64,000 nucleotides of DNA from Limisphaerales bacterium (GTDB taxonomy: Bacteria > Verrucomicrobiota > Verrucomicrobiia > Limisphaerales > JAJOIW01): assembly GCA_965657355.1 (NCBI GenBank), contig CBFHOE010000006.1, positions 175,217-239,216 of the forward strand. Direction: 5' to 3'. Below the pieces are notes generated by a model. That model was not told the origin of the DNA. It saw nothing but the letters and a program-made list of their open reading frames with translations, and did no database searches. The position numbers and the translations under genes were made by a program. The stretch's first letter is position 1. Each line of letters opens with the position of its first letter. Positions 20,171-30,677 of the stretch are shown here, piece by piece.

Positions 20171-21100
20171 ATGATCAAAACTAGACGCCATTTTTTATCC
20201 AAGATGGGAGCCTGCTCTCTGGGTTTTGCTTCCATGCCGTTTTTACCTGGGTCACTAAAATCGGCAGAACCCATTGTTCGACCAGGAAGCCCAAGGTTAA
20301 AGCCCAGTTTAGCGGCATATTCGTTCCGCGATCAGTTTAGCGGAAAAGGGGCTGGTCCGAAAATTTCAATGGTGGATTTCATCAGGTATTGTGCTCAGCT
20401 CGGACTATCCGGGGCTGAACTAACCAGTTACTACTTCGAAGACGATACCAAAGAGTATTTTTTAAACCTTAAAAAACATGCTTTTCTCCATGGCATAACT
20501 ATCAGTGGAACCGCAGTTGGTAATTCTTTCACCGAAGCCCCAGGAGCAAAAAGAACCCAACAAATTAAATCGGTCAAAGAGTGGATTAAAAGAGCCGCTT
20601 GGCTCGGAGCTCCACATATTCGCGTCTTTGCTGGAAATTTAAATGGCCAATCCATGAGCGAAGCAAAGAAAAATTGCATCGAAGCTCTCGAAGAATGCGG
20701 GGAATTGGCAGCACAGCATGGAATTTTTCTTGGTATTGAGAATCATGGTGGCATCGTCGCCAAGCCAGAAGATTTAGTTGATATTGTAAAAACGGTAAAA
20801 AATCCGTGGATAGGAATAAATCTGGATACTGGAAATTTCCATACGGAAGATCCATACAAAGCTATCGCAATGTGCGCTCCATGGGCAGTCAATGTTCAGC
20901 TCAAGGTTGAAATCAGACCGCAAGGCAAGGATATGGAAAAAACAGATATGCATAGAATTGTTAAAATTCTAAGAGACACAAACTACCAGGGCTGGGTTGT
21001 ACTTGAGCATGAAAAGGCTGAGAATCCATGGAAGGCCGTTCCCGGGTATTTTGATCAGCTCAATGAAGCTATTTCAGCCCAAACAATCTATAACAAATGA
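20171..21100 (+). CDS. Tat-exported sugar phosphate isomerase/epimerase (TIM barrel)
   Basis: TRRHFL twin-arginine motif, IENHGG, NLDTGNF, VLEHE; start moved to ATG 20171. Confidence 0.85.
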   Translation: MIKTRRHFLSKMGACSLGFASMPFLPGSLKSAEPIVRPGSPRLKPSLAAYSFRDQFSGKGAGPKISMVDFIRYCAQLGLSGAELTSYYFEDDTKEYFLNLKKHAFLHGITISGTAVGNSFTEAPGAKRTQQIKSVKEWIKRAAWLGAPHIRVFAGNLNGQSMSEAKKNCIEALEECGELAAQHGIFLGIENHGGIVAKPEDLVDIVKTVKNPWIGINLDTGNFHTEDPYKAIAMCAPWAVNVQLKVEIRPQGKDMEKTDMHRIVKILRDTNYQGWVVLEHEKAENPWKAVPGYFDQLNEAISAQTIYNK

Positions 21101-23463
21101 GGCGAACAAGGCCCGTCGCATCGTTTATATTAAAAATGAATGAAAACCGATTTAATACAAACTTTGCTCATGTATATAAATTGCTCACCATTCTCGTCGT
21201 TTTTGTTTCATTAATTTGCCCTAAAGATTCGCAAGCTGAATTTCAAAGAGGCGCCTTAGAAAAACTCGATCAGGCTATCAACAAAGCGATTGAGGAGAAG
21301 AAAGCTCCAGGTGGTGTTCTGTGGCTCGAATCCAATGGCATTGTCTATTCAAAGGCTTATGGCAATATGGCCAATTTGCCTGAACCAAAACCCGCTGCCA
21401 TAAACACAATCTATGACGCTGCTTCACTGACCAAACCTATTGTGACGACCTCTGCCATCTTAAAGTTGGTAGAAGAAGAAAAGCTTAAGATAGATGCGCC
21501 TGTTTCGAATTATCTTCCCGAGTTTTCGAAAATTGCTGGTTCAAAAATATCAATTAGGCACCTTCTCACTCACACTTCTGGGTTAAGACCTGGATTAAGT
21601 TTATCTACTGATTGGGCAGGGGAAGAAGATGCGTATAGATTGATCTGCTCAGAAAAATTAAAGGCTCAGCCAGGAGAAAGGTTTATCTACAGTGACATAA
21701 ATTTTATTCTCCTGGGAATACTCGTGCACAAAGTTTCTGGAACTTCACTTGACCAATACATTCAAGAGCATGTCTTTAATCCTTTGGGGATGAAGGATAG
21801 TGGCTTCAATCCTCCACGAAGCCTTCTTTCCAGAATCGCGCCAACGCAACATACAAAGACTGGAATGTTGCACGGAGTTGTTCACGACCCGACATCAAGG
21901 CGCATTGGAGGTGTAGCCGGCCATGCCGGACTATTTATCTCGGCTCAAGACCTCGCAAAGTTTTCCAGAATGATTCTTAACGAAGGGAGCTACAAAGGTG
22001 TAAAAATTTTTAAGCCGCAGACCATTGCATCATTAAAGACTGTTCATACAAGGGGACGGTTAGATAATTACAGATCATTAGGGTGGGATGTCGATACTGG
22101 CTACACCAGGCTCAGAGGCCAATTATTTCCTTTGGGAGGTATCGGCCATACAGGGTTTACAGGACCAAGTATCTGGATAGACTTTGCATCAAAATCTTTT
22201 GTCTTCTTCCTGACAAACAGCGTGCACCCCGACGGTAGTGGTAACGTCTTGGATCTCAGGGAGGACATTGGGACGCTGGCTGCATCTGCTTTGCCAGAAA
22301 AGATCAAACCGACTTCTCAGTTTTTTCCAAACAAAGTAAAAACGGGTTTGGATGTTCTTGTGATGCAAAACTTCAAGCCGCTCCACGGTAAAAGGGTTGG
22401 ATTGATTACCAATCATACAGGGCACGACGCCAATCGCATCTCAACTATAGAGCATTTTCTAAAATCTCCTAACGTAGATCTTGCTGCTTTATTCAGTCCG
22501 GAGCATGGAATTCGAGGCGATCTCGATTCTAAAATAAATGATCAGAAGGACAAAAAGAGCAAACTAAACGTTTTTAGTCTGTATGGCGAAACCCGCAAGC
22601 CGCTTCCCTCTCAGCTAGCCGGGCTCGATGTACTTGTTTTTGATATTCAGGACATTGGAACAAGATTTTACACATATATCTCTACAATGGGTCTTGCCAT
22701 GGAGGCCGCTGCCGAAAATGATCTCGAATTCCTCATTCTTGATCGACCCAATCCAATTGGCGGCGTCTCATACAGTGGCCCTTTACTGGAAGGCAAAACG
22801 GATTTTGTTGGTTTCCATAAGATACCCATTAGGCATGGAATGACTGTTGGCGAATTGGGCCTTCTGTTTCGATCAGAGCGTGAGGAACTAAAAATACTGA
22901 ATTTCGATGTGATAAAATGCCAAGGCTGGCAGCGTGGGATGATGTGGAGCGAAACGGGCCTGCCATGGACAAACCCTTCGCCCAACATGAGATCTTCCAC
23001 CCAGGCTCTTCTGTATCCGGGAGTCGGCGTCATTGAATTTGCCGATATTTCCGTGGGTAGAGGAACGGATACGCCCTTTGAAATAATAGGTGCTCCGTAT
23101 ATTCATGACCTTGAGTTGTCTCGAGAATTGAACAGACTCAAAATTAGTGGTCTGACAACGGAGCCCATTACATTTACTCCATCGGCGAGCAAGTTTAAGG
23201 GGGACTTGTGTAAGGGCGTGAGGTTTGTGATCACAGATAGAAATAAAGTTGATCTGAGTGCTCTGGGCCTTGCTTTAACTTCGACGATCTACAGACTCTA
23301 TCCAGACCAATTTGATCTCGCAAAAGTCAACCGCCTTTTAAAATCGGATTCCATCATCTCTTTAATCCGAAGTGGGGACAGCCTTCAAACCCTGATTGAT
23401 ATTTCAAAAATATCCATTCTGCCATTCGATACTCTGCGCAATAAACACCTTCTCTATCAATAA
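21097..23463 (+). CDS. fusion of beta-lactamase-like serine hydrolase and DUF1343 (NamZ-like exo-N-acetylmuramidase)
   Basis: ASLTK, LLTHTSG, YSD, GHTGFTG, then GLITNHTG, FSPEHG, DIQDIGTRFYTY, DRPNP, PSPNM. Confidence 0.88.
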   Translation: MRRTRPVASFILKMNENRFNTNFAHVYKLLTILVVFVSLICPKDSQAEFQRGALEKLDQAINKAIEEKKAPGGVLWLESNGIVYSKAYGNMANLPEPKPAAINTIYDAASLTKPIVTTSAILKLVEEEKLKIDAPVSNYLPEFSKIAGSKISIRHLLTHTSGLRPGLSLSTDWAGEEDAYRLICSEKLKAQPGERFIYSDINFILLGILVHKVSGTSLDQYIQEHVFNPLGMKDSGFNPPRSLLSRIAPTQHTKTGMLHGVVHDPTSRRIGGVAGHAGLFISAQDLAKFSRMILNEGSYKGVKIFKPQTIASLKTVHTRGRLDNYRSLGWDVDTGYTRLRGQLFPLGGIGHTGFTGPSIWIDFASKSFVFFLTNSVHPDGSGNVLDLREDIGTLAASALPEKIKPTSQFFPNKVKTGLDVLVMQNFKPLHGKRVGLITNHTGHDANRISTIEHFLKSPNVDLAALFSPEHGIRGDLDSKINDQKDKKSKLNVFSLYGETRKPLPSQLAGLDVLVFDIQDIGTRFYTYISTMGLAMEAAAENDLEFLILDRPNPIGGVSYSGPLLEGKTDFVGFHKIPIRHGMTVGELGLLFRSEREELKILNFDVIKCQGWQRGMMWSETGLPWTNPSPNMRSSTQALLYPGVGVIEFADISVGRGTDTPFEIIGAPYIHDLELSRELNRLKISGLTTEPITFTPSASKFKGDLCKGVRFVITDRNKVDLSALGLALTSTIYRLYPDQFDLAKVNRLLKSDSIISLIRSGDSLQTLIDISKISILPFDTLRNKHLLYQ

Positions 23464-23616
23464 ATTCTCAGGAAGCACGTGTTTAGCTTGAGGAGTTGAA
23501 TGATTATGTGCCTGACATAGGTCATTTTCCTCAAATTATACATCTACAGTAGAATTGGTTAAGGCACTCCAAACCGAAGACTTGTCAGTAGATCTGGGTG
23601 GGGTCATGATATTCGA

Positions 23617-24921
23617 ATGATCTGGGAAAAGAAAAGTGTCTCGGCAATTGTTTGCCGGATATTGATGGCTTTAGTAATTTTATGTGGCATGAGTGAAGAG
23701 GGGATGACGGCTAATTACGATGAATCAAAAGTTCCTGAATACGCCTTGCCAGAAATTTTGAAATCCCAAGACGGGGAAATCATTGATACTCCAGAAAAAT
23801 GGCAATCCAAAAGGCGGCCAGAAATCCTTAGGCTTTTTGAGACGCACGTCTATGGAAGGCAGCCAAAAGCATCTCCTATGGCTGCCTATGAGCAGATTCT
23901 CTATACTCCAGATGCCCTAAATGGTTTGGCTACCCTCAGGGAAATTAAAATCACCTTCCCCGAAAAGAAAAAATCACCCGAAATATACTTACTCTTGTGG
24001 ACGCCAAACAAAGGAAATACCCCTTACCCTGCTTTTATTGGCCTTAATTTCTCCGGAAACCAAGCCACCCACCCCGACCCCAGAATCAGGTTGTCTACCC
24101 AATGGATGCGTCCGTCAAGAGGTGGGGACGTCAAAGAAAACCAAGCTTTGGAATCATCACGCGGCGCGACCTCTACCCGCTGGCCCGTGGAGATGATTAT
24201 TAAAAGAGGATACGCCCTGGCAACTATCTACTGCGGAGACATCGACCCGGATTTTGATGATGGGTTTAAGAATGGTGTGCATGCCATGTTTCCTGGTTTT
24301 GGAACAAAAGATGGTGCGCGCTTACCCGATGCTTGGGGAACGATATCCGGGTGGTCATGGGGGCTTTCACGTGCAATGGACTATTTCGAAGGGGATGGCT
24401 CAATCGATCATAGTCGCGTCGCTGTTTTCGGTCACTCTCGTTTGGGCAAAACAGCTCTTTGGGCAGGCGCAACGGACCGGCGCTTTGCGATGGTGATATC
24501 AAACAACTCCGGTTGTGGGGGAGCCGCCCTCAATCGCCGCGCCTTTGGTGAAACCGTTCAGCGTATCAACACATCATTTCCTCATTGGTTTAATGATAAG
24601 TTTTTGGAGTATAATTCTAACGAGAATGCCATACCGGTAGACCAACATATGTTAATTGGACTCATTGCTCCAAGGCCTGTCTATGTAGCTAGTGCAGAAG
24701 AAGACAGGTGGGCCGACCCGAAAGGAGAGTGGCTTTCATTGAAGCATGCAGCCCCAGTTTACAAATTGCTGGGCAAAGATCCATTAGATCTTGCTACCCA
24801 GCCAGAAGTCGATAAACCTGTGCACAAAGACATGGGATATCACATACGCAGAGGGAAGCACGATATCAATTCTTTTGATTGGGCTCAGTATTTGAATTTT
24901 GCAGACCAACACTTAAAATAA
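23617..24921 (+). CDS. CE15-like glucuronoyl/acetylxylan esterase
   Basis: signal peptide, NYDESKVP, GHSRLGK nucleophile motif, SGCGG, DQH, APRP. Confidence 0.85.
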   Translation: MIWEKKSVSAIVCRILMALVILCGMSEEGMTANYDESKVPEYALPEILKSQDGEIIDTPEKWQSKRRPEILRLFETHVYGRQPKASPMAAYEQILYTPDALNGLATLREIKITFPEKKKSPEIYLLLWTPNKGNTPYPAFIGLNFSGNQATHPDPRIRLSTQWMRPSRGGDVKENQALESSRGATSTRWPVEMIIKRGYALATIYCGDIDPDFDDGFKNGVHAMFPGFGTKDGARLPDAWGTISGWSWGLSRAMDYFEGDGSIDHSRVAVFGHSRLGKTALWAGATDRRFAMVISNNSGCGGAALNRRAFGETVQRINTSFPHWFNDKFLEYNSNENAIPVDQHMLIGLIAPRPVYVASAEEDRWADPKGEWLSLKHAAPVYKLLGKDPLDLATQPEVDKPVHKDMGYHIRRGKHDINSFDWAQYLNFADQHLK

Positions 24922-24936
24922 TTTTACATACAACCG

Positions 24937-25449
24937 ATGGCCAGCCCAGAAACCGAGAACCAGGAATCATCTCCAATCAATATCCCAGTCGATTCTCCCG
25001 GGAGGAAAAGACTGCCCCCGCTTTTAAGAAAGTCTTGGTACAGCCTCAATCAGGCATTTAGAAGGCTATTGATAAATATCAAACTGACGCCAGATCAGTT
25101 TACCGTTCTGCGAACATTGACTGAATCAGAAGACATGGGGATGCCCCAATGCGAAATAAGTAGAAAAATGAGTAGTGACCCAAACACGATTGCTTCATTG
25201 GTCGAGCGCATGGAAAAACTCGAACTCATTACGCGAAAAAGGAACCCGCATGATAAGAGAGAGAAAATCATAAATATTACCTACCGGGGCAGAGACAGGT
25301 ATAACCAAGCCCGTGAGATCGCAATAGATTTACAAAGCCAGGTACTTCAATGTTTACCAGAAAGTCGGCGCGAATTATTTTTACAAGATTTAGAAACTAT
25401 TTCGAAGTCGTGCCAATCCGCTCTCGAAAGCGCAAAGTCCGAGGAGTGA
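24937..25449 (+). CDS. MarR family transcriptional regulator
   Basis: LTPDQFTVL, winged helix, DKR motif. Confidence 0.88.
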   Translation: MASPETENQESSPINIPVDSPGRKRLPPLLRKSWYSLNQAFRRLLINIKLTPDQFTVLRTLTESEDMGMPQCEISRKMSSDPNTIASLVERMEKLELITRKRNPHDKREKIINITYRGRDRYNQAREIAIDLQSQVLQCLPESRRELFLQDLETISKSCQSALESAKSEE

Positions 25450-25741
25450 AAAAAGAAATTTTAATGATGTTGGCTTTCATGATCCATGCGATGGCTGACT
25501 CCCTTTGTGCCAGCCTCCTCCCTGTCCTTGAACAAGCAAATAATGATTCATAGTTTTTAATTTTTATAATTCAAAACGGGTGAATAATGTTTGCCTCGGC
25601 TAATTAAATTTCTGCCCTGAAATCTGAGCGTTTGCGATATTGGGAATTTTCAAGATACGAAATGAATAGGGTCCAACAAATATGCTGAACCATAAAATGC
25701 TATACAGCCGCACCCAGTAGACTTTACCTTTAAAAGCAGAC

Positions 25742-27001
25742 ATGGATAAATTTGTCATAGATGGCGGTCAACCCATACATGGGACCGTTGAAATTAGCGG
25801 GGCAAAGAACTCAACTCTCCCGATGTTAGCGGCTTGCCTTCTCACTGAGGAGCCATGTGTCATCAAAAATGTCCCAAATCTTCAGGATGTGTCTTTCATG
25901 CTCGAAATTCTCGAATCTCTCGGGGCTAAAGTGACTCGAGATGAAGACAAAATTACAATTGAGAGTAAACATATTAATTCCTTTGGAGATTATGAATTAA
26001 TCAGAAAAATGCGTGGCAGCATTTGTATATTAGGCCCTCTGCTTGGACGCCTAGGTGAAGCCAAAGTATCTATGCCTGGTGGATGCGTTATTGGCACAAG
26101 ACCAATAGACCTCCATCTCAAAGGAATGAAAGCTTTGGGAACTCACATTGAAGTAGAGAGTGGTTACGTCAATGCCAAGGCGCTCAGACTCAAAGGGGCC
26201 AGAATGTTTTTAGGCGGCCGCTCTGGGCCCACCGTTTTAGGGACCATCAATGTCATGATGGCAGCTTCTCTCGCTGAAGGTGAGACCGTAATCGACTGTG
26301 CGGCCTGCGAACCCGAAGTCACAGATGTCGCCAACTTTTTAGTTTCCATGGGAGCCCGCATTTCAGGGATTGGGTCCCCGACTCTCGTCGTTAATGGTGT
26401 TGATAAACTTCACGGCGCCAGCCATACAGTCATCGCCGATCGAATTGAAGCAGCTACGTTTGCAATAGGCGCTGCTGTGACCCGCGGAGAAGTTTTTCTT
26501 AAAGGGGCAGATCCCACCCAGCTGGGTGCAGTGTTAGATAAATTGACAGAGGCAGGTTGCATTGTTGATCGTGAAAGTGATGGTTTCATGGTTAGGGAGG
26601 GGGACCATTACAGCAATGTGGATATCACCACTCAACCCCACCCCGGATTCCCTACGGACGTCCAGGCTCAAATGATGGTATTCATGTGCAAAATCCCTGG
26701 AATAAGTATTATCACGGAGCGAATTTTCGAATCTCGATTTATGCACGTTAACGAGTTAATTCGATTGGGAGCAGATATTAGTATCGAAGGCCCCAGCGCC
26801 ATTGTTAAAGGCGGAAAACCACTTAGCGGTGCTCCTGTTATGGCCAGCGACCTTAGGGCGTCCGCTGCTTTGGTGCTCGCAGGGCTCGCTGCCTCTGGAA
26901 CCACAGAAGTCCACCGCGTCTACCATATCGATCGTGGATACGAAAACATTGACCAAAAACTCAAAAATCTTGGAGCTCGAATAGAAAGGGTTCCTGCTTG
27001 A
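25742..27001 (+). CDS. murA: UDP-N-acetylglucosamine 1-carboxyvinyltransferase
   Basis: GAKNS, PGGCVIGTRPIDLH (active-site Cys), PGFPTD, DLRASA, IDRGYE. Confidence 0.97.
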   Translation: MDKFVIDGGQPIHGTVEISGAKNSTLPMLAACLLTEEPCVIKNVPNLQDVSFMLEILESLGAKVTRDEDKITIESKHINSFGDYELIRKMRGSICILGPLLGRLGEAKVSMPGGCVIGTRPIDLHLKGMKALGTHIEVESGYVNAKALRLKGARMFLGGRSGPTVLGTINVMMAASLAEGETVIDCAACEPEVTDVANFLVSMGARISGIGSPTLVVNGVDKLHGASHTVIADRIEAATFAIGAAVTRGEVFLKGADPTQLGAVLDKLTEAGCIVDRESDGFMVREGDHYSNVDITTQPHPGFPTDVQAQMMVFMCKIPGISIITERIFESRFMHVNELIRLGADISIEGPSAIVKGGKPLSGAPVMASDLRASAALVLAGLAASGTTEVHRVYHIDRGYENIDQKLKNLGARIERVPA

Positions 27002-27051
27002 TTTGTTAACAGGAATCTCTGAGCATATAATTAAAGACGTAATCATCAGCC

Positions 27052-27591
27052 ATGGATATTATTTTTCAATGCACACACTGTGGTCAGGAACTTGAAGTAG
27101 ATAGCGGGGCAGCAGGAACGGTCTTCCCTTGCCCTTCCTGTCACAACGACATCGTTGTTCCATCCGAAGTGCCAGATGAGGAGGAGCAGAGTATAGGGCT
27201 TATTGAAGAGGAGCCAATGGTTGAGGGGGCACCTCCAAAAGCTGACCCGCCTGCTCCAGCAGTTCCTCTCCCAATTGAAGATACGGAAGAAGATTCAAAG
27301 CTTTCTGTTCCTTTCTCCAAAGAAAAAACCAAAGAGCTTATTGAGAAACCGCAAAAGCCACTTGAAGTTGCTGCTCGCGAAGATGAAAAAGTCTTCCGAA
27401 TAAAAACCATAAGACGGGCGGATTGTCTCGAATTAGATAAAGATACATTCGATGAAACTGTGTCGGATTTTATCCAAAAAGTGGGACAAGACCATATCAT
27501 CTCGATGCATCCTATAAATTATTCCACAGTTGATTCTGTAAGCCAAAAAGTTGTGAACGACTATGGAATTATGATTGTTTTCCGAGGTTAA
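27052..27591 (+). CDS. hypothetical protein with N-terminal zinc ribbon
   Basis: CTHC...CPSC, acidic/Pro linker, small C-terminal domain. Confidence 0.75.
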   Translation: MDIIFQCTHCGQELEVDSGAAGTVFPCPSCHNDIVVPSEVPDEEEQSIGLIEEEPMVEGAPPKADPPAPAVPLPIEDTEEDSKLSVPFSKEKTKELIEKPQKPLEVAAREDEKVFRIKTIRRADCLELDKDTFDETVSDFIQKVGQDHIISMHPINYSTVDSVSQKVVNDYGIMIVFRG

Positions 27592-27781
27592 TCCATCTCG
27601 TATTCCAAATATCCGCGCTACCGCATAGCTAATACAGTGTCCAGACGGCAACAACTGGTTACTGGGCGTCCCGCCAGTTACGGTTGGTTCTACCATTATT
27701 CGCAGCCGAAAAACAAGTGGAGGAACAAAGCTTTGTTTCTAAATTAAATGTTATGTATTTGAATACCAGCAGAGGAATGCC

Positions 27782-29080
27782 TTAATCAGAGGAGTGAAGT
27801 GCTCGGCACTCTGAAAAAAGATTTAAGTATTTCTCGGCGACGATATCTATGTGGAATTTTGAGTCCAGTGCTTTGAGCCCATTTAATCCTTTGTCCTCAA
27901 GCTCCTGTTTTTGTGTCATAATTTTTGAGAGAGTTGTCGCAAGGTTGGTCGCCGTGTTTTCCCCGTAGCACCAACCTGCTTCATTCTCTGCAACTAGTTC
28001 TTCAAAGCCAGAAACAGAAGGCTGCAAACAGGGAACCCCGGATGACATCGCTTCTAATAAATAGAGCCCAAAAGCTTCAGAATAACGAGCTGGCACTGAA
28101 AATATACTAATCTTACTAAAAAACTTCTGCTTCTCCTCCTTGGATAAATTTGGGAAAAGACTCACACGATGGTCGAGTCCGGCATCCTTGAGTTTATGCA
28201 TTAACGAACCCACCAGCTTTTTATCACTTGGCCCACAGCTGCCACCGATGTGCAAATCAACATCCGGATTTGCTTCAGTTTCCATGAATTGGATATAAGC
28301 ATCGACCAGGATATCCAAACCCTTCTCCTTACACATTCTTGCGAAATAACCAATAGTGATTTTGTTGGAGGATTCTGATTTTTTGAAGCCATCAGGATTG
28401 AGCCCATTCGGGATGATCGAAATGCGATGATCTTCAAGTCCCATCCTCTGACTCATCTTTTCAGCGAAATATCGAGTGGGAGCGACAAATCGGTCGACAT
28501 GGCCACTTCGTTCTCTCAATATTTCCCAAGCTAATATTCTTTCTTTTTCCGGCAGTGCGTCCAAGAAGTCATCCTCTCCTTGAAGCATGCAAATGATTGG
28601 GACACGTAGTTTCTCTCTGAGTTCTTTTGCCATTCCCACAAGCATGGCATTTGAAAGACAGATAATGTCCGGATTTTCATGGGTCTTTAGGTAATCAACT
28701 AACTCGTTTAATTCTCTTTTTTGGTTCCCTTCTTCACCACGCAGCATGGATAAGGTCAAATCGCCAACCTGTTCTGGGCGTGTGGCAGCAGCTTTGCCCG
28801 CTGCTAGTTTCAAGAGCTTTCTAGAGCGCAAAAAACTGTGCATCCACTCCGGCATTTTTTGCATCCATGGAAATTTTTGTTCCAGATAAACACTTATCCC
28901 GCCAAAGAATATAGGTTTGTCCCCACTGAGATCTTCTTCGTCTAGTGTTAAAGGTAGATAAAGAGGCAGCATTAATCCTTGGTGACCTTTTTTTCTGAAC
29001 CTGGCTATCAAGGCATTGTCTCGTAGACAATTCCCGCAATACATCGCTCCAGCGCCAGGTGTCAGTTGAACAATATTCAT
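27782..29080 (-). CDS. glycosyltransferase family 4
   Basis: MYCGNCLRD N-terminus, ARMCKEKG, EAFGLYLLEA (EX7E); start ATG 29080 preferred. Confidence 0.9.
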   Translation of the reverse strand: MNIVQLTPGAGAMYCGNCLRDNALIARFRKKGHQGLMLPLYLPLTLDEEDLSGDKPIFFGGISVYLEQKFPWMQKMPEWMHSFLRSRKLLKLAAGKAAATRPEQVGDLTLSMLRGEEGNQKRELNELVDYLKTHENPDIICLSNAMLVGMAKELREKLRVPIICMLQGEDDFLDALPEKERILAWEILRERSGHVDRFVAPTRYFAEKMSQRMGLEDHRISIIPNGLNPDGFKKSESSNKITIGYFARMCKEKGLDILVDAYIQFMETEANPDVDLHIGGSCGPSDKKLVGSLMHKLKDAGLDHRVSLFPNLSKEEKQKFFSKISIFSVPARYSEAFGLYLLEAMSSGVPCLQPSVSGFEELVAENEAGWCYGENTATNLATTLSKIMTQKQELEDKGLNGLKALDSKFHIDIVAEKYLNLFSECRALHSSD

Positions 29081-29203
29081 CCTTTGAGGAGAAATATACA
29101 TAAAAACGGGGCAATTGCATACATAAGGTCTATCCTGATTTGTGCCTACCCCAGTTTAGAAAAAATGATAAGCAATACACAATATGGACGGCGAACCAGG
29201 TTT

Positions 29204-29366
29204 AAAAAAGAGAAGCAGGCGGATAGATGCTGATCAATTCATCTATCGCCTGCTAATCTACCTTTAACACGTGAAGACAACCACTGCAGCTCGCTTCTTT
29301 TCACACTCCACATCAGACACACCCATGAGCAGCTCACACACTGTCGTTGATCTTCAAGGTAGATGT
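29204..29366 (-). ncRNA. candidate structured small RNA or attenuator leader
   Basis: long irregular hairpin 29256-29364, terminator hairpin 29214-29254 with U tract, upstream TTGCAT/TATTCT boxes. Confidence 0.5.
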
Positions 29367-29630
29367 GAAGAATAAACCAAGCCTGCCTAAATAATGCAAG
29401 TCATTAATTATTAATAATTTATAAAAATATAAACCTTGTTTCTACAACAACTCAGAGCTCATTTTTTGCCACTATTCATACTCAATTCTGTCCCAGTATG
29501 GCTTGTTTCTCCCCTCTCGTTGTGACAGAGAGCGGCTTCAAAAGTGACCTTTTATATGATTGGATCAGGGAAAATTCCTAAAGATTAGACCATTTCCACG
29601 CTTTTTTGTTGCCAATCAGCTCTAAAATTC

Positions 29631-30569
29631 ATGGTAATGACTCTTGTGGTCGAGTTAATCGAGGAATTCATTGTCTCACTGAGGCACGAGAGGCACTACT
29701 CTGAGAAAACTCAGGATACCTATTCTCGATTACTGAAGAACTTTACCTCATGGCTGGGGGGACAAAGTGATCCCAAACCAAAACATTGGACTGAAATTGG
29801 GCTCAAGCACCTCACATCATTCATAGAATTTGAAGCAAAGCGAACGATAGGAGACGATAAAAAAACACTCTCTTTCGAAAGTCTTTATCTTCAGATCGCG
29901 GCATTAAAAGCCTTTTTCAAATACCTCAAGCGCGAAGGGTATATAATTGGAAATGTTGCGGAACATCTCAGTCTTCCACGGAGGCGATTTAAGCTACCAA
30001 AAGCATTACCTCAGACTGTGGTGAGTGATTTTTTGAAGCCTATCCCCAATCCCTCGAATAATGACCTTTGTGATCAGGCTATCATTGAATTGGCATATTC
30101 CAGTGGATTGAGGCTTGTGGAACTTCGAAGTCTCCGATTGGAGAATCTGCAACTCGATGCGGGTTTCATCCAAGTTTTGGGAAAAGGTAACAAACAACGC
30201 ATTGTTCCAGTTGGGAAATCGGCCGTGCAGGCGCTGAACAATTATTTAATGGTAAGCCGGCCAAAGCTTGTGAGTCCAAAAAGTCCCGCTTCCGTGTTTT
30301 TGACCCAGAGGGGCTCGTCTTTCGCTCACACTACTATGTGGAAGCGAATTACCCGGCGAATAGCTAAGTCCGGGTTCGATGGTCATGTGACGCCTCATAT
30401 GCTGCGCCACAGCTTTGCTACTCATCTTCTGGAAAATGGGGCAGATCTGAGAGTGATCCAGGAATTACTGGGTCATTCTCAGATCAATACGACCGAAATT
30501 TACACAAATGTTGCCAATCAACGCTTGCGTGATTCACTCAAGTTATTCCATCCTAGGCACCAAGAATAA
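29631..30569 (+). CDS. xerD: tyrosine recombinase XerD/XerC family
   Basis: SGLR, GKGNKQR, TPHMLRHSFATHLL, LLGH, TTEIY, C-terminal FHPR; XerC vs XerD not certain. Confidence 0.8.
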   Translation: MVMTLVVELIEEFIVSLRHERHYSEKTQDTYSRLLKNFTSWLGGQSDPKPKHWTEIGLKHLTSFIEFEAKRTIGDDKKTLSFESLYLQIAALKAFFKYLKREGYIIGNVAEHLSLPRRRFKLPKALPQTVVSDFLKPIPNPSNNDLCDQAIIELAYSSGLRLVELRSLRLENLQLDAGFIQVLGKGNKQRIVPVGKSAVQALNNYLMVSRPKLVSPKSPASVFLTQRGSSFAHTTMWKRITRRIAKSGFDGHVTPHMLRHSFATHLLENGADLRVIQELLGHSQINTTEIYTNVANQRLRDSLKLFHPRHQE

Positions 30570-30677
30570 AAAGTTATTCCCATTTACTTCCCATTGACTT
30601 TATATTTGGTGAAAGGAAATGGAGTCATTCCGGTATTCTAAATTGGAAATGATGAAAAATTTTAGGTTTCAGCGGTC

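Noticed and set aside
21097..22300. Beta-lactam resistance gene
   Set aside because: The SxxK domain is fused to DUF1343, which points to peptidoglycan recycling
29631..30569. Phage or integron integrase marking an island
   Set aside because: Sequence fits chromosomal XerC/XerD, lacks an obvious IntI-type insertion, and no tRNA/att duplication or phage genes are seen
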